From the human T2T-CHM13v2.0 reference genome, Homo sapiens, in the NCBI RefSeq assembly GCF_009914755.1, contig NC_060926.1: a stretch of 64,000 nucleotides of DNA. One strand, 5' to 3'. The notes under the pieces are model-generated. The model worked only from the letters and a program-made list of their open reading frames with translations, was not told the origin of the DNA and did no database searches. Positions 17,063-32,547 of this stretch are shown piece after piece. Every line of letters starts with the position of its first letter. Within the stretch, counting starts at the first letter, position 1. The translations under genes were made by a program, and so were the position numbers.

Positions 17063-17640
17063 GTATGGCCTGTGTATCAGCATTCATTTTCCTCATCAGC
17101 CTTCTAAAATTATAAGGTAGTCTTAGGATGGCCCAAGAGGATGCCTGTATCTAAAACAGGCCTGTCTGAATTAGGAAGTAGTTGTCATAAAGCTCAGTCA
17201 AGAGACAATAGGGAGGAAAGCAAAGATATTTTTATAATTTCGTTTACAGTTGTTTCTTTATATGCAACTTCTCTGCACTTTTTCCACACATGCTCTTCCT
17301 GGCGCCCACTCATGAGAGTCCCTTAAGAAGTGCCAGGATAAATGTGGACACTTAGCAGCAGAAGAGTCCTGAGAAATACTTCAGCATTGTCTTCCTCCTT
17401 GGTGACACAATGGGCAGAGACCTGAAAGTACCAAATGGTTACATTATCGTTCCAGACGTCCATTTGCTACGATAAATTTGCATCCATAACCAACTTGCTC
17501 CTGTGTAGAAAGGCTCAGCTTTAACAAGAGTGTTAGAGTGAAGGCTGTTCATTGGCCATATTACAATTCAAGCTCATCATAATTGCCCTGGTCTGTCTAC
17601 TTGCCTTGCAGTGTCCCTCTACAAAGATTACACTTACCTT

Positions 17641-17993
17641 CTCTCAGTCTGTTTTTGCTGCTGTAACAGAATTTCTGAGACTAGGTACTTTATAATGAAC
17701 AGAAGTTTATTGGCTCACAGTTCTGGAGGCTGGGAAGTCCAAGAGTAAGGGGCTGCAACAGGGAAGGGCCTTCTTGCTGTGTTACCCAGTGGCTGAAGGG
17801 CCAATAAGAGTGGGAGGGTCCGAAATCATCCTTTAGTAATGAACCCACTCCTACAATAATGGCATTAATCCATTCATGAGGGCAGACCCCTCATGGTCTA
17901 GTCAACTCTGAAAGTTCCCACATCTTAATACTGTTACAGAGGCAGTTAAATTTCAACATGAGTTTTGGAGGGGGCTAATATTTAAACCATAGC
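17641..17993 (-). mobile_element. MaLR solo LTR (MST/MLT1A-like)
   Basis: ggctcacagttctggaggctgggaagtccaag...ggcattaatccattcatgagggcag...aaaccatagca. Confidence 0.8.
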
Positions 17994-19297
17994 ACCTTCA
18001 GTGTTTTAAAACACTTTATTCAATCAACTTGCCAGCAAATATCAACTTCTTTTCAGTTATTTCCAGGTTGCTGGTAGTACCACTTCATCTGTGCCCTCTG
18101 ACCTCCAGTTGAAGCCACCTACTACTCCTAACCCATGTCTCAATTTTCTTTTACCTGTCCTTAGGCAAATGTGTTGATTCTACTACAAAAGTAGGTTCTT
18201 GTTAGGTATGCAACTGTAATGGTTGTTTTGCTGGCAAAGGTGTTGTTTTGTTTTGTTTTGTTTTTTTATTGGTACATATGTTTTTGGTTAAACTGCAAGT
18301 ATTAGAAAAGATTAAAGAAGAAGAAAGAATTTCTGTAGGCCCAGAAGTAGATATGGTGTAACTTGTTTAAGCTCTTGTTGTTTGGTAAATTAAGCTGCAA
18401 AATCATGAGAAAAGACAAGGATATCACAATATAATATATTGCATTTTAATTTAATTTGGGGATTGAATTTTCCTGGGTACAAATTCTATATAAGAATAAG
18501 GATATTTAGTGTTATACACTTGGAAATATTATTTCTTTGTAAACTTCATAAAAATGCATTAAATTAAAAGTTGCTAAGAAAGCAGTGAATTACTCAGCTT
18601 TTTTCTTAGAAAAAACAAAAAAACCTCTAAGAACAGTTGGTATATATAATAAATTACCAGAAAGGAAAACTAGTACAGCCAAAAAATTATAAGCTTAGAA
18701 CAGGAATACAGATCACTGTTCAGTAAAAAATATCCAATATGTTAAGCTTTTTACTTTCCAGGTTTTTGTAAAAATTAATCTGGATTTTAATTATGGAAAT
18801 TGTGTCTATTGAATGAAATAGGATCGTTTCATTATATAAAGTACCTAAGCTACTCTTAATAAATAATGATGTTTTCTTCTGGACATGACTTTTATTTTTA
18901 AATGTTTAACAATAATTTTAAACTGTGATGTTAACTTCAATCCATTTGGTCAGAGTATGTGAGATACCAGAAACTCTGCTAGGTTTTGAGGCTGGTTCCA
19001 TTCTGTAGGAACCACATTCTGGTTGGGAGACTGGGCACAAGCAGAGCCATCCTTGATCAGTGGGCCAGCTGCCAACCATTGTTCTGAGGAGAGTGCAGTG
19101 GACACATGCTGAGAACGTGCATAATCTTGCTTAGGGAAGTATGGGAGAAATGCTCCCAAAAAATATTATTCGAACATTGTTATCACCAGAGTTTTCCATC
19201 TCATATATTTAGGAAGGTAGCATCCACAAAGCTTCCTTACCTGCGGGGAATCCTCCTGGGGCCAAGTGGGTAATTGGTCATTTTGATGTGTATATAA

Positions 19298-19513
<216 letters not shown>

Positions 19514-19633
19514 TAGCAAATCAATTTTCTCCCTCTTCCATGTTTAGAACTCTCTTCCTCTGGTAGAAATGTCAAGGCTGACTGCCTAGTACCTAGTTCT
19601 TTGGAGCTATAAAAATTGAATTTATACTAATAA

Positions 19634-19855
<222 letters not shown>

Positions 19856-19931
19856 TAGGGTGAGGCAAAGTTGATGCTTAGGTTGCAAAACTTAAGGAGG
19901 CACTCACTCTCAGGGTTGCACAAGAGTTGAA

Positions 19932-20720
19932 CTAGTTACCTATTGCTGTGTAACAAATTGCCACAAGCTTAGCAGCTTAAAACAACACACATTTATTTTC
20001 TCACAGTGTCTGTGGATCAGGAATCTGAGCACAGCTTAACTGGATCTTCTGCTTAGTGTTTTATAAGGTTGCAATAAAGGCCAGGGTTATGGTCTCATCT
20101 GAGGCTAAACTGGGGAAGATTTTTCCAAGCTCACTCATGTTGTTGGCAGAATTAAGTTGCTTGTAAGTGTAGGACTAAAGGCTTTTTTTTTCCTTGCTGG
20201 CTGTTGGCCAGAGGCCATTTTCAGCTCCCAGAGGCTGCCCACAGTTCCTTGCCACATAGGGTTTCCCAACATTGCTGCTTTCTCAAAGCCAAAAACAGAG
20301 GGGAAAAAAATAGATACTACAATTTTATGTTACATAATTATGTCATCACATATGTGGAATCATAACATTCCATTGCCTTTGCCATATGCTGTTGGTTAGA
20401 AACAAGTCACAGGTCATACCACACTCAAAGGGAGGTGATTATGCAAGAGTGTGAAAACACAAGAGGAGTATGAGGGTCACCGTCACTGGCCACCCTCTGG
20501 CCACCAGTTATTCATGTCCCTACCACATACAGAATCCTTTACCTCCACCTCCAAGGTCCCCAAGAGCCTTATCACATTACAGGATCTGCTCAAAGTCCAG
20601 AATCTCATTATCTAAATTGGGTCCAGGTGTGGAAGAAGTGCCTTAGATACAAGTCCTGTCAATCTGTCCGTCCATAAAATGAACAAGACAAATTACCTGC
20701 TCCCCACATGCCAGATGCAC
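19932..20720 (-). mobile_element. MLT1 LTR plus adjoining internal sequence
   Basis: ctattgctgtgtaacaaattgccacaagcttagcagcttaaaacaacacacatttatt. Confidence 0.7.
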
Positions 20721-21754
20721 CTGTGCCCCTTTGGAATGTGGGCCTCACTATAGTCTCAGCCTTGGTCCACATAAGCAAATTGCATCCTCCTTAGTCCCTG
20801 TCTTCCCTCAAAAGTCATATTTAGGTAAAATTGAACTAAAATAAATGTAACAGAACCTTTTAGGAGCCAAGAAATGATAAAATCTCACCTCAAGGATGGG
20901 GATGTGGTAGGATGTGGAGGTGCGTTAGGTAGTCCTGCCCAGTTTGGTGATGGATAAGACCATATTTAGGTGGAAGAGGCATGGTGAGGGGTGAAGGATG
21001 TGTGTTCAGAAGTTGGAGAGAAAAGAAAATGCACTGATCATATGAGCAGTCAGAACTTCCAAGATTCCAGTGCAGGAGCTTCCCCTCCTTGCCTTGATCT
21101 CTGAGTGATTGATGCCTGCAGGCTTGCTGTATTACGAGTGAATCCCCAAATCCCACTGAGAGGGTCCCTCTGACTTACTGTATCATGGAAACACATGTGC
21201 ATATACACTATGGCTCAGGACACTGCAAGGCTTTAAAAACACAGGTGCCCAAATCCCACCCTGGATATCCTGAACAAGTCTGTGTTTTTAAAAGAAAAAA
21301 TCTATGTTAAAAACAAACCTCGAAAGCTCTGCAGCTGGTCGTGCCTTGCAGCCAGGCTAGAGAACTAGGCTGGAGATGCATCCTTGAGGCAATGATGTCT
21401 TTGTTCTCCAGCTGTTCTTGCTTTTGTTGTTTTCTTCCAAACTAAATCTTTTTTTTTCTGGCCATAACTTCTAATTTAATTTTACTGAAAAGTATTTATT
21501 TACTTTTTAATCTCCAAATGTTTGAGAATGTAAATTGTTTCCATGTATGCTATATTGCTAGATATTTTAGAAGATTTATGCCCCAATATGATTTAAATAA
21601 TACTGTAAGATCTAAACTTTGTTTTCTCTCTTATTTTGTTACACTTGAGGTAGTTTGGTTTAAATATGTTTTATGCTTGACTAAGGCTTTTCACTTCTTA
21701 ATTCTCTACAATTCTATTCTTTCCTATGTTTGTTTCTATTGCTCTAATAAGAAA

Positions 21755-21960
21755 AATAACCACAGCAATCATATATTGAGCACCTACTCTATGTCAGGCA
21801 ATACCGTTGTACGACATTTGTCTCATCTCCACAACAGATTGGCTCTGTTACATTGTTTTATAGATGAGGGACCTAAAGCCCAGAAAATTACCCACAGTCA
21901 CATGCTAAGAACTGCAGAGCTGGGATTCCAACCAAGGTTTGCCAGAGCCCTTGTTCACCT
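21755..21960 (-). mobile_element. MIR
   Basis: attgagcacctactctatgtcaggca...tttatagatgagggacctaaagcccaga...gagctgggattccaacc. Confidence 0.7.
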
Positions 21961-23998
21961 CACCAGGCTGTTCCCCACATCTCTTAGCTTGGACACTTCA
22001 GGAAAGCCCCTGAGCTGTGGGGTGGCTGGTTGAGCTGCTGGAAGCTTCAGACCAGATGTTAGTTACCATCTTTGCCACCTACATGTGTACCATTCTCTCC
22101 CTTTTTTTTTTTCAGCATCTTTTTTTCGTCTTCTGCTCTCTCATTTGCTATTTCCTCTTAGGTGGATCTCATTATTTCAGTTCAGTCAATGTTTGTTGGG
22201 CTCCTGCCCAGGTCTGCTCTGTGCTGTGTATATGTGCAGTGGAATAAGGGCTTCCTGCTTGCCCAGGACCGTGTCACAGTCCTGTTCTGAGAGATGATAG
22301 AGACAGCAAGGGAAAGTGAAGGAACTGTAGAGGCAGTGTGAGTGAGACGATGGGCTGTCCTGCCGGAAGAAGATTTTAGATCCACTTTGCCAGTTTTGGT
22401 GGCACGGCAATCCAATCACAGTTGGAATAGACTGCTTATTTTTTAAGAGAAAATAAGGTTGGGGGAGGGGAGAATGGCAGGTGATGGGTTGTGGCATTTC
22501 CCGTCATGTGTGCTTTGAAGCAGTCAGCTCGCAGTTGTACAGCTGTTTATGATCAGCTTTGTGGGTGATCAGCAGCAAAGCAGGATCCTAAGCCCATTTC
22601 CTTGAGCCATTCAAGGTCCTTCAAGCCTCCCTCGCTTACTGTCCGATCCTGTGTTACACGGGGATTAAAATAAACAGATTAAGGAAATACAATTTTGATG
22701 TCAATATAAGGCAGTGGTTTAAAAGGATCTCTGGGTCCCACAATCTTGTTCTTAACTAAAATACACAAAGGGGCTCAGTCTATAGAAGAGCTTCAAGCAG
22801 AGTCAGTCTGGGAAGATGTGAGGTTGACCCCTGAGCTGTACCCTGACTGTGACTCTGGGGCTGGGAGGCTTCCAAAGAGAAGGCTAGAAAACCGGGGATG
22901 TAGGGTGTCCTCAAATCCAATAAATTCAAAAACAATGTCTGTATCCTTCAGCCCTCATTTTCTCATATTTGAATGTCAGTTGTATTTGGAACTTTACATC
23001 TTCTGCCAAATTACTGTTTTGCTCAAATAGCTTCTCAGTTAAATTGGAATCATCCAATTTCTCTTTGGAAAGCCACCTGTTCCCCAAAGCATTCCAGCTA
23101 CAAACACCTTTCAGATGCCTGTGTGTGGGCTTCCTTTTTGCTTTACTAAGCAAAGCCTTTTTGTAATTAGCCATTAAAAAGCAAAAATTCAGTAAACAGT
23201 TAATCTGGTCTGTTTTATTGCTCTGTAGCACTAATCTTTACACACTGCATTATAGAGTGAAAAATTATGAGAATCAAATTCATTTTCTCCCTGTTAAGTG
23301 TTCGTTATAAAAAAATACTGCTTTATCTTAGTTATTATTCTAAGCCAGCCAAGTGTGTTTGTGATAAGATACAGATATATGGAATTGGTCCAGTGCTTAT
23401 TAAGCACCTTTCAGTTTTTGATGTTCATTGTTGGCACATGGACAGACCAATTTGTGAACAGACGCAGAACCTGGGCTACACCGAGGACGCTTGAAATGAA
23501 AATTTAGCTTCCTTTACTTCTGCTCTGCCGAATGCTACACATTCAAAGGACTAAAATTGCATAAATAATTAGAATATTGCTCTTCAATTTCACTGACATG
23601 AATGGGTCGTACCTGCATCTTTTAGAATATGATTTAACTGAAGGAAGTGGTTTGTGTCCTTGTGATTAAGCTGCTTTACTAGGAGGGTACATATATACTA
23701 TGTTTATTTAGTATGAAACAACAGAAAAGCAGGCATTTCACCATTTACCTGGATGTTTCTAAATGGAAAGATGTTTGGCATCATATAAACAAAACCAATA
23801 AGCAATGAGTTCATGTTTTGCTTTGCAAATGAATGATTTAGCATCGTGTAGGTCTAGCTGTAGATTCAAGTTTAAATGAAAAAATTATTTCGGGTGATGA
23901 TTTTGGTTCAAGGAAGCTCAAAGTGTGTTTATTCCTATTTGTGCTTTTTTGTGGTACTCTTGGACTGAATATGTAGCACCAGGCTAAAGAAGGGCTAG

Positions 23999-24193
<195 letters not shown>

Positions 24194-24769
24194 TAACACC
24201 ACCTTACACATCTGTCAGAGTATTTACAAGTAACAGAATGTGTCATATTTATTCACTCAGTTAATATTTACTGAGGGCACGTGTTATATGCCCATAAATA
24301 TGCTGGGCAATGAGAATTTTATATTGGTTGCTACAGTCATAACTAAGCACATGTAGAATTATGCCAGAAGGCTGGCCTAATCCAGCTCCATTTTTCACTT
24401 CATTTTCCTTGCACTGCACAGATATTTGCCACCTGGGGGCAATATGTCCTTCCTCTTCTCATTGAGAGCTGTGGGAGTCAATTGAAATTCATCAGCTTTT
24501 AAAGAATGCTATTTATTTTGTAACAGTCTCCAGAACTTATTTTATGACTTGAAAACAAACATCAATTATATAGAAATATAATACTTAAGAAATGAGTAAA
24601 TATGTCTTGAACACCTAAATGCACTAGAACTATGAGGTGTACTGAGAGGTACAAATTCAGCAAACATTTATTAAGTAGCTTCTGTGTGGCAGGCACAGGG
24701 GATCCCATGATGAATGGTCCCATCTCTAGTGTCAGAGATAGACAGGACTTGAACAGAGTTTCAGCAACA

Positions 24770-25250
24770 TATCCATTCAAATTGGGTAATTCGAGGAGAG
24801 TCTTTAAAATGGGACTATTTATATAAAGGGATGGGGAAGGTATGAGGAAATGACCAGGGATAGTGCAGCGCTATGCAGCTAGTAATGGCGGCTGCTCTCA
24901 CTGGCCCTGGGCTTGAAGGGACAGGAGGAGAGGACAATTGCTGCAACCTTGAATATGAGAGCCACATGAGATGGCAGCCTGAGAGAAGCCACGACTGATA
25001 GCAGGGGACTCTGCCAGCATGCAGTGACCCTGCGGGAGGCAGCCAGGGAAATAAATGGCCCGGCCTCCCTATTCTTCCTCCATCTCTCTAATTTCCCACC
25101 AGTGCTCCCCGTTGGCCAAAGTCAACCTGAAACCAGAGGACAAGGGAGCCCATTGATGCTCTCCATGCAGACCAGCTTCAGGCACAGAGCAGGGTGGACA
25201 AGGGCAAAAAGGGGATGTGAAAGGACAAACTAAAGATATTTGGCACAAAG
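24770..25250. mobile_element. Old ERVL LTR (LTR33-like)
   Basis: tcaaattgggtaattcgaggagag...gggactattta...ccagggatagtgcag. Confidence 0.5.
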
Positions 25251-25454
25251 TACCCTGGAGCCTCAGAGGACATCTACTGCTTGGAAATGCTTCATCAGAG
25301 AGGTGACGAGCTGAGGCTTGAAGGATCTGTAAAAGTTCTTAAGAGGGAAGGATGAAATTGAGGTCTGACCCTAAAATATTTGTACTGAGTAATTTTATAA
25401 GCAGACATGAGGATTGTATTCTAGGGTAATAAAATGAAGAAAGGTGTCAAAACA

Positions 25455-25690
25455 GTAGTAACAATAGTGATGGTGGCTAATATGGCTGAGCCAACAACTA
25501 TGCCAGCTCTTTCCATGTAGTCTTTGTAGGAACCCCATGAGTAAGGCTATTATTATTGCCACTTACAAATCAGAAAACTGAGGCACAGGAAGCTTAATTA
25601 GTTTGCACATTTAGTAGGTAATGGAACCAAATTCAAACCCATGCAGTGTGACTGTGAGAACACACCTGTGGCCACTGCTTAACACTATTT
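25455..25690 (-). mobile_element. MIR
   Basis: cagaaaactgaggcacagga...aattcaaaccc MIR core. Confidence 0.7.
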
Positions 25691-26810
25691 CCCTCTGCCG
25701 TGTTGCCTGTCTTTACACTAGGCTCCTGGGGATTGGTAAATGGTGGAGGCAGGATTTCCCAAATCTAAGTCCAAAGCCCATGCTCGTAATCACTACAGGC
25801 TAGAATCATTTTGGCTACTAGTTTATATCGGGGGAATGATAGGCCAAGTCCTCACTGTGAAGGACTTGAATGTCAGTGAATGGACTTTATTCTCTAAGTT
25901 AAAAATTAGTTGAACAACTATTGACCCATCTTAGATAGGATAACCATTCAACCCAGTTTACCCCTGTTGTTCTGGTATAATTATTAATAGCTTTCCTTTT
26001 CACTCTCAAACGTGTCTTGGTCTGTACGATAGATTGTGATTAACCTAATCTTGATGATGCTCTTCAAGGGCAGGCTTGTATTTTCATTGTCTCAGTACTG
26101 GCACGTCAGTTTTGAGCATGAACACAGCTTTCAGCATACCATGAACAGAGGAGTTGGTAAAGAGGCTCGGTATTAAATGCCCTGGCACAAGGCCACCTGG
26201 CTGTCCTATCCCTGGGGTGTGCTTACAACGCTCGACAATAAGAATGGTGGCAGAGGGTAGGCATGTTCTTGAATCAGTTTCCTTTTAGACATACCTTTGC
26301 AAAGTCCATGCTCCTGATTCAGAAATGTCTTTGTGACCCTACAAAGGAGTAGAGAACATGGTTCATGGAGCACCATCACCCTAGTGCCAATTAGTTTTCC
26401 AGAAACCCCTTGGGAGAATGTTCAGATTCCATTCTTCGCATGACAGAAGAGGCAAGAACAACATCTTTCACCTCTAGAGTTATACATTACAATCCGTGGA
26501 TCAGAGAATTGGAGCAACTAAAAGAATGAGGTCCTCTAAAGCAAGTTGTATGTAAGGCTTAATATTTAAAAAAAATGGTTTCTGGAAATTTTATTATAGA
26601 ACTCCTATTCTTAAATATTACCTCTTTTCTTCGAAGCAAAGATACTGGTCCTATTAACCCTATACTCCTTTTCTCCATTTACCCCACTTATTTTTTGGAA
26701 ACCCCAGGTATTTAAATACTCATAAATGAATGAATAAACCTCATGGAAGTTGAAAATGTATTTTTGATATTATGATCTTTTTCCTTGGACTTGGGGAGAA
26801 GAGATACTTA

Positions 26811-27279
26811 ATTTTATTTTCTTGAGACAGGGTCTCCCTCTGTCATCCAGTCTGGAGTGCCATGGCATGATCACTGCTCACTGCACCCTCCACCTCCAAA
26901 GCTCAAGTGATCCTTCCACCTTGCCTCCTGAGTAGTTGGAATTACAGGCATGTGCCACTATTCCTGGCTAATTTTTGTATTTTTTTGTAGAGATGGGATT
27001 TTGCTGCGTTGCCCAGGCTGGTCTTGAACTCCAGGGCTCAAGCAATCCACCTGCCTTGGCCTCCCAAGGTGCTGGGATTACAGGCATAAGCCACTGCACC
27101 TAGCTTATTTCTTTACTTTTTGTACAGGGTGGGTTTCGCCTCTACAAAAAATAACTTTTCAACTAATTTTTAACCTACGGAATGTGGCCCAGACTGGTCT
27201 CGAACTCCTGGGCTCAAGAGTTCCACCTGCCTCGACCTTCCAAAGTGCTGGGATTACAGGCATGAGCTGCTGCGCCCAG
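26811..27279 (-). mobile_element. AluJ (26811-27103) followed by a FLAM/left-arm fragment (27115-27279)
   Basis: Antisense Alu body, then a second aactcctgggctcaag...ccaaagtgctgggattacagg arm. Confidence 0.85.
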
Positions 27280-27425
27280 ACAAGAGGTGTCTTAAATTAG
27301 GAAGTTTTAGTTCTCACAAGTGTAGTGTCAATTTAAAGGCAGTCACGTGTCCATACATAATGCACATCATCAGATTTCTTCATCTTTTCATGTGGTTTGC
27401 TTGACAGTGAAGTTTTGGATAATAA

Positions 27426-27632
<207 letters not shown>

Positions 27633-27707
27633 TAGCACAGTCTTGGGACAAAAAATTACAAGAATGAACTATTTCAAATGTTTCTTTGACCATTTTCCCA
27701 CTTTTAA

Positions 27708-27929
<222 letters not shown>

Positions 27930-29727
27930 TAAAATAGAATTTCTGTGTTTAAAAAATGTCCATTTATGCATTGTTTCTAGAGAGAATGGCAGTTGAGTGT
28001 TAGAAATGGGAAAGGGGAATCCCACAACAATATAAACGACTGTAATTTTACAACCCAGAGGCAGCTGCTGCTAACATTTTGAATACTTTTTCCATCTTTT
28101 TACGCTTAGGATGATTATTGTCACTATTGATTCAAGCCATTGAGTTTTAAGACAGTTAAAGATACATGATGCCTTTTGTTATCATAGCAAGCCACCACCT
28201 CACCTTTAGTTGGGAGTGCTTTCTCCTTGTCTTGGGTCCCCTCATCCTCCTCCTGGCTGGTTTCCCTTTTCCACCCAAAGCTCCACCTCTTGGAGAACCG
28301 CCCAAAAAGGCTCAAGCAAATTTCCTCCTCCAGCAGAGGTAGAAATCTACATTCAGCCTGCCTAAAATTTCTCTGCTCTATAAAACTCCCAACCTACTCC
28401 TACCTCCTCCAAGTCATGCCCACAAATGCCATGAGGATTTGTCTATTTAATAACTCTAGCTTTTATGGTGTTGCATAGTCTTAAGCTAGCAAATGTGGAG
28501 GCTCTGGAAGTGAGTAAGACATGGTTTCTGCTCCCTGTGGAGTTTATAATTGAGTGAGGGAGATACTTATCCATAAATAATACAAGAGCACAAAATGGGT
28601 ACCGTGTGAGTAAGCAGTGGTGAGTCACAAGGGAAGTGGTGAGCAGGGACTCCGAATGGGCCACGGCAGCATTCAGTACCCAGGGTGGAACATTGCACTA
28701 TAGGGTGAGTCACTCGTAAATCCTATCCTCAAGACTCGGCTGATGTTGAGAGTCTGGAGCGGGTACTTGGGAATGGACAGCATTCCCACCTTCAGAGACG
28801 TTGTAGTCCACTGTGGTAGAGAAGCACCAAGCCCAATGTATGCTCTGAGGGAAAGCTCCTTGGAGGTAATCCATGGAGCCTCTGTAGAAGGGAGTGACCT
28901 TTGAGGTTGATCTTGAGAGATAAGGAGAAATCCACCAGATAGCGCTATCAAGGAAGAGCCATTCCAGGCAAAAGGAATATGGCATATGAAGAGTGAAGGT
29001 GGGAAGAACCAGGGGGTGATGAAGAAATAGAAGTGCTCAGTGGCTGAGGGTGTGAAGGGAGGGGAATGTGGAGACACAGGCTGGGATAGAGCAGAACTTT
29101 CATGCTGAACTGTGTACTTGTAGGCACTATGTAACTCTGAGGGATCTAGCGTGGGGCATTCCCTCCCATCTTGGGGAGAAGAAGTGAGCCTGGAGTTGGA
29201 GCAATCAAATTAATCAGGAGAACGATGATGAAGGCCTCTGCCAAAAAGGTTATTTCAGAGTATTTCTTGGAGTAGTGGCCATAGACCAGGACTTGGAAAC
29301 CCTTCTGCCTGGCAGGTATTTAGTTGTAACTATACTTGCCACACTGGAATTTGGACTTTATTTCAGCTTTACAACATTCAGGAGTTTTATACGGTGCAGT
29401 AGATAGAGAAAAAAGCATGTGATGCATTGCATTTATAAAAGGTACAAGTCCCAACAAGGGCAAAGGGAGATCAGATAAGTCTGTTTCGCTTTCATGTCAG
29501 GGCAGTGCTGGCCAGACAAAGTGCCGAGGGCTTTGACCGGCATTTATGACCAGGCAGGGCACTGTGACTTTATCTAGGAACTGGTGAGGCCGATGAAAGC
29601 AGCTGCTTCTCAGACCCTTCTTTGATATTCTCTGCTTTTTTTTTTAAAGCAGTGATTTCTCCCTATTTATTATCTTGCTATTCTCTTGCCAGGTAGAATA
29701 GGGTCTGATTAACTTTATTTAGAATCC

Positions 29728-29728
<1 letters not shown>

Positions 29729-29774
<46 letters not shown>
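29729..29774. repeat. (AC)23 microsatellite
   Basis: Pure AC run. Confidence 0.97.
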
Positions 29775-29779
<5 letters not shown>

Positions 29780-29914
29780 ACCTGATACAATACGTGAAAT
29801 CCCACCACTCAATGACTATTAGGGATTAAAACCCATTATTGTTTCTATTACGGAGTGAAGAGTCCAGAGAAAAGAGGGTATATATAGAGTAAATTTTGAC
29901 TGGGAAGATTTCTT

Positions 29915-30660
29915 AATTATTTTGAATTGTGAAGTACACATAACAAAAATGTACCATTTTAATCATTTTTTAAGTGTACAGTTCAAGGACGTTAAAAACA
30001 TTGACACTGTTGTGCAACCATCACTGCCCCCATCTCAGAATTCTTTTCATCTTGTAATATTGATGACATTCCCATTAAATGATAACTTTTCATTTCCCCA
30101 ACACCTGGCATCTACCATTTTACTTTCTGTCTCTATGAATGTAACCACTCTAGGTACCTCGTATAAGTGGAAGCATACGGTATTTGTCTTTCTATAATGG
30201 GCTTATTCCACTTAGCATAATGTTCTCAAGATTCCTCCATGTTGTAGCATGTGTCAGAATTTCCTTACTTTAAAGACTGAATGTTTAATTTTATGTATAG
30301 ACTGTATTTTGCTTATCTATTTGTTGAGGGGCACCTGTGTGACTGCCACATTTCAGCCACTGTGAGTGATGCTGCTATGAACATGGATGTACAAATATAT
30401 CTTCAAAACCCTGCTTTCAAGTATTTGAGGTATATGCCCAAGGGTGTAATTGCTGAATCATATGGTAGTTCTATTTTTAACTTTTTGAGGAATTACTATA
30501 CTGTTTTCCATAGCAGCTCTACCATTTTATATTCCCACCAGTTGTACACAAGGGTTCAAATCTCTCCACATCTTTGCCAAAGCTTATTTTATGTGTTTAT
30601 TTTGATAATAGCTGTCCTAATGGATATGAAGTGTATCTCATTTTGGGTTTCATTTGCGTT
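29915..30660 (-). mobile_element. L1MB-type 3' end
   Basis: acataacaaaaatgtaccattttaatcattttttaagtgtacagttca...ccatgttgtagcatgtgtcagaatttcc. Confidence 0.8.
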
Positions 30661-31615
30661 TAGGGAGTTTGTTTGTTCTTAATTCTGCAAATGTGTAGGC
30701 CCTGTGTCAGATGGTGGGGATATAAAGAGAAGTAAGTCCCAGATAGAAAGCACAAGATCTCGGCCAGGATCAGGGGGATGCTGCTGTGGAGGGGCCTGGG
30801 GGAAGGTCTGTGTAAAGTCCCTCAATATGGAGCCATCACTTGGTGGAAAGAGAAGCAAACCTCCCTATTTCCATAATCTTGCCCAAGGCCAGCCTCTTAG
30901 AGCTCAGGATGCTGAGGGAGGCTCCTGGGAATGAGCAGGAGAGGAGTGGAGTCAAAGGTCTTTGAAAAGCCACCATGCTTCTCATTGTAAGGGTCCCTGC
31001 AGGCAGGTGAGGGGGTCAGACCAAGTGCTTTCTGTGGATTGAGAGTAGTAGAGACACTTCTGATTTTTAGGGAGGAATTACACCATCTGGAGAATAAGAG
31101 CAAGAATACCTGTGAATCTTCCTTGATCTAACTCCACTAGCCATGAGACATGTGTCATCCTGATATTCCTGCATTCCCAACACCTCAGTCCCCAAAATGC
31201 CTGATCTCGAGAATGTGCCATGCTGCCTCAAGACCAGCCTAGCTTTCACAGCAGGGGCCTCCAGAGTCTGGCAAGGTTGAGAGCAGAATTTAGAAGCAGG
31301 GTTCTGTTTCATGCCTTTGATCCTGTCGAAAATAGTGAAAGCATTTGCCAGAGCCAGCTGGCTTCTCAGGGTGGGGGATGGCACAGCCGCCAGCCTCAGC
31401 AGCCTCTTGTGCCCATGGCAACTACAGGTCCTTGGAAAACCAAAAAGTGCACTGGGCTTTTGCAGGAACATCAGCTACCCCTGAATGAAAGCTCCAGCAT
31501 GGAATGCTTGAGAAAGAAAAAATGTATGGAGGGAGAGAAAACATAGAAAGGGTATTTTCTAAATGCTACAAGTTCATTTCTAGAAATATCAGGCTATAAC
31601 ATCCTTTACAAATTA

Positions 31616-31910
<295 letters not shown>

Positions 31911-32271
31911 AATAATAAAAATGACAATTTGAGCCATAATAGGACATTTCATTCCCATTTTTGTTGCAGATGGCCTGATACTTGGTATATTTAGTACCAG
32001 TTGTTAGAATTATTCTAACTTGTAAATTATATAGCAGCTGGGATGATGTATGTGGATCACTTTGTGGGCTGCAAAGCTCTATGGTACCCGCAAGATGTGT
32101 GATGTAAGGACATGGGTGTCTTTCAGTTTTTAATCTGTGTGAGCAGATATTTCCAGTGAATAAAAATGTGATTCTGAAAGGATTACTGTTATTCAAGAGC
32201 AATTATAAATGCAAACAGAGTTTTTGTTCTTGCTTCTGCTCCTCATCCTCAGAATATGTCAGTGGTGAGAC

Positions 32272-32297
32272 AGATAGATTAGATAGATTAGATAGAT

Positions 32298-32339
<42 letters not shown>
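32272..32339. repeat. Compound (AGATAGATT)3(AGAT)n tetranucleotide STR
   Basis: Read directly from the sequence. Confidence 0.95.
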
Positions 32340-32547
32340 TCACAGCAGGCAGAGAGAAAAAGGAGTGGTGACCTAAATATTTCCTCATGCTTAAGAAACA
32401 TGTATTAGCAGCAGTAAAGAAAATTTTGGTTTTAAAAAAATACCCTTAATTATTCCTTTCTAATAGAAGAATAGCTTTTTGGTTTGGTTTTTTCTTCTTG
32501 ACATCCTTGATTGCAAAGAACAGAAACCCACTCAAACCAGCTTAAAC

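Noticed and set aside
21518-22033. 171-aa ATG-initiated ORF
   Set aside because: Runs through AT-rich intron and a MIR, with low-complexity composition and no domain or splice support.
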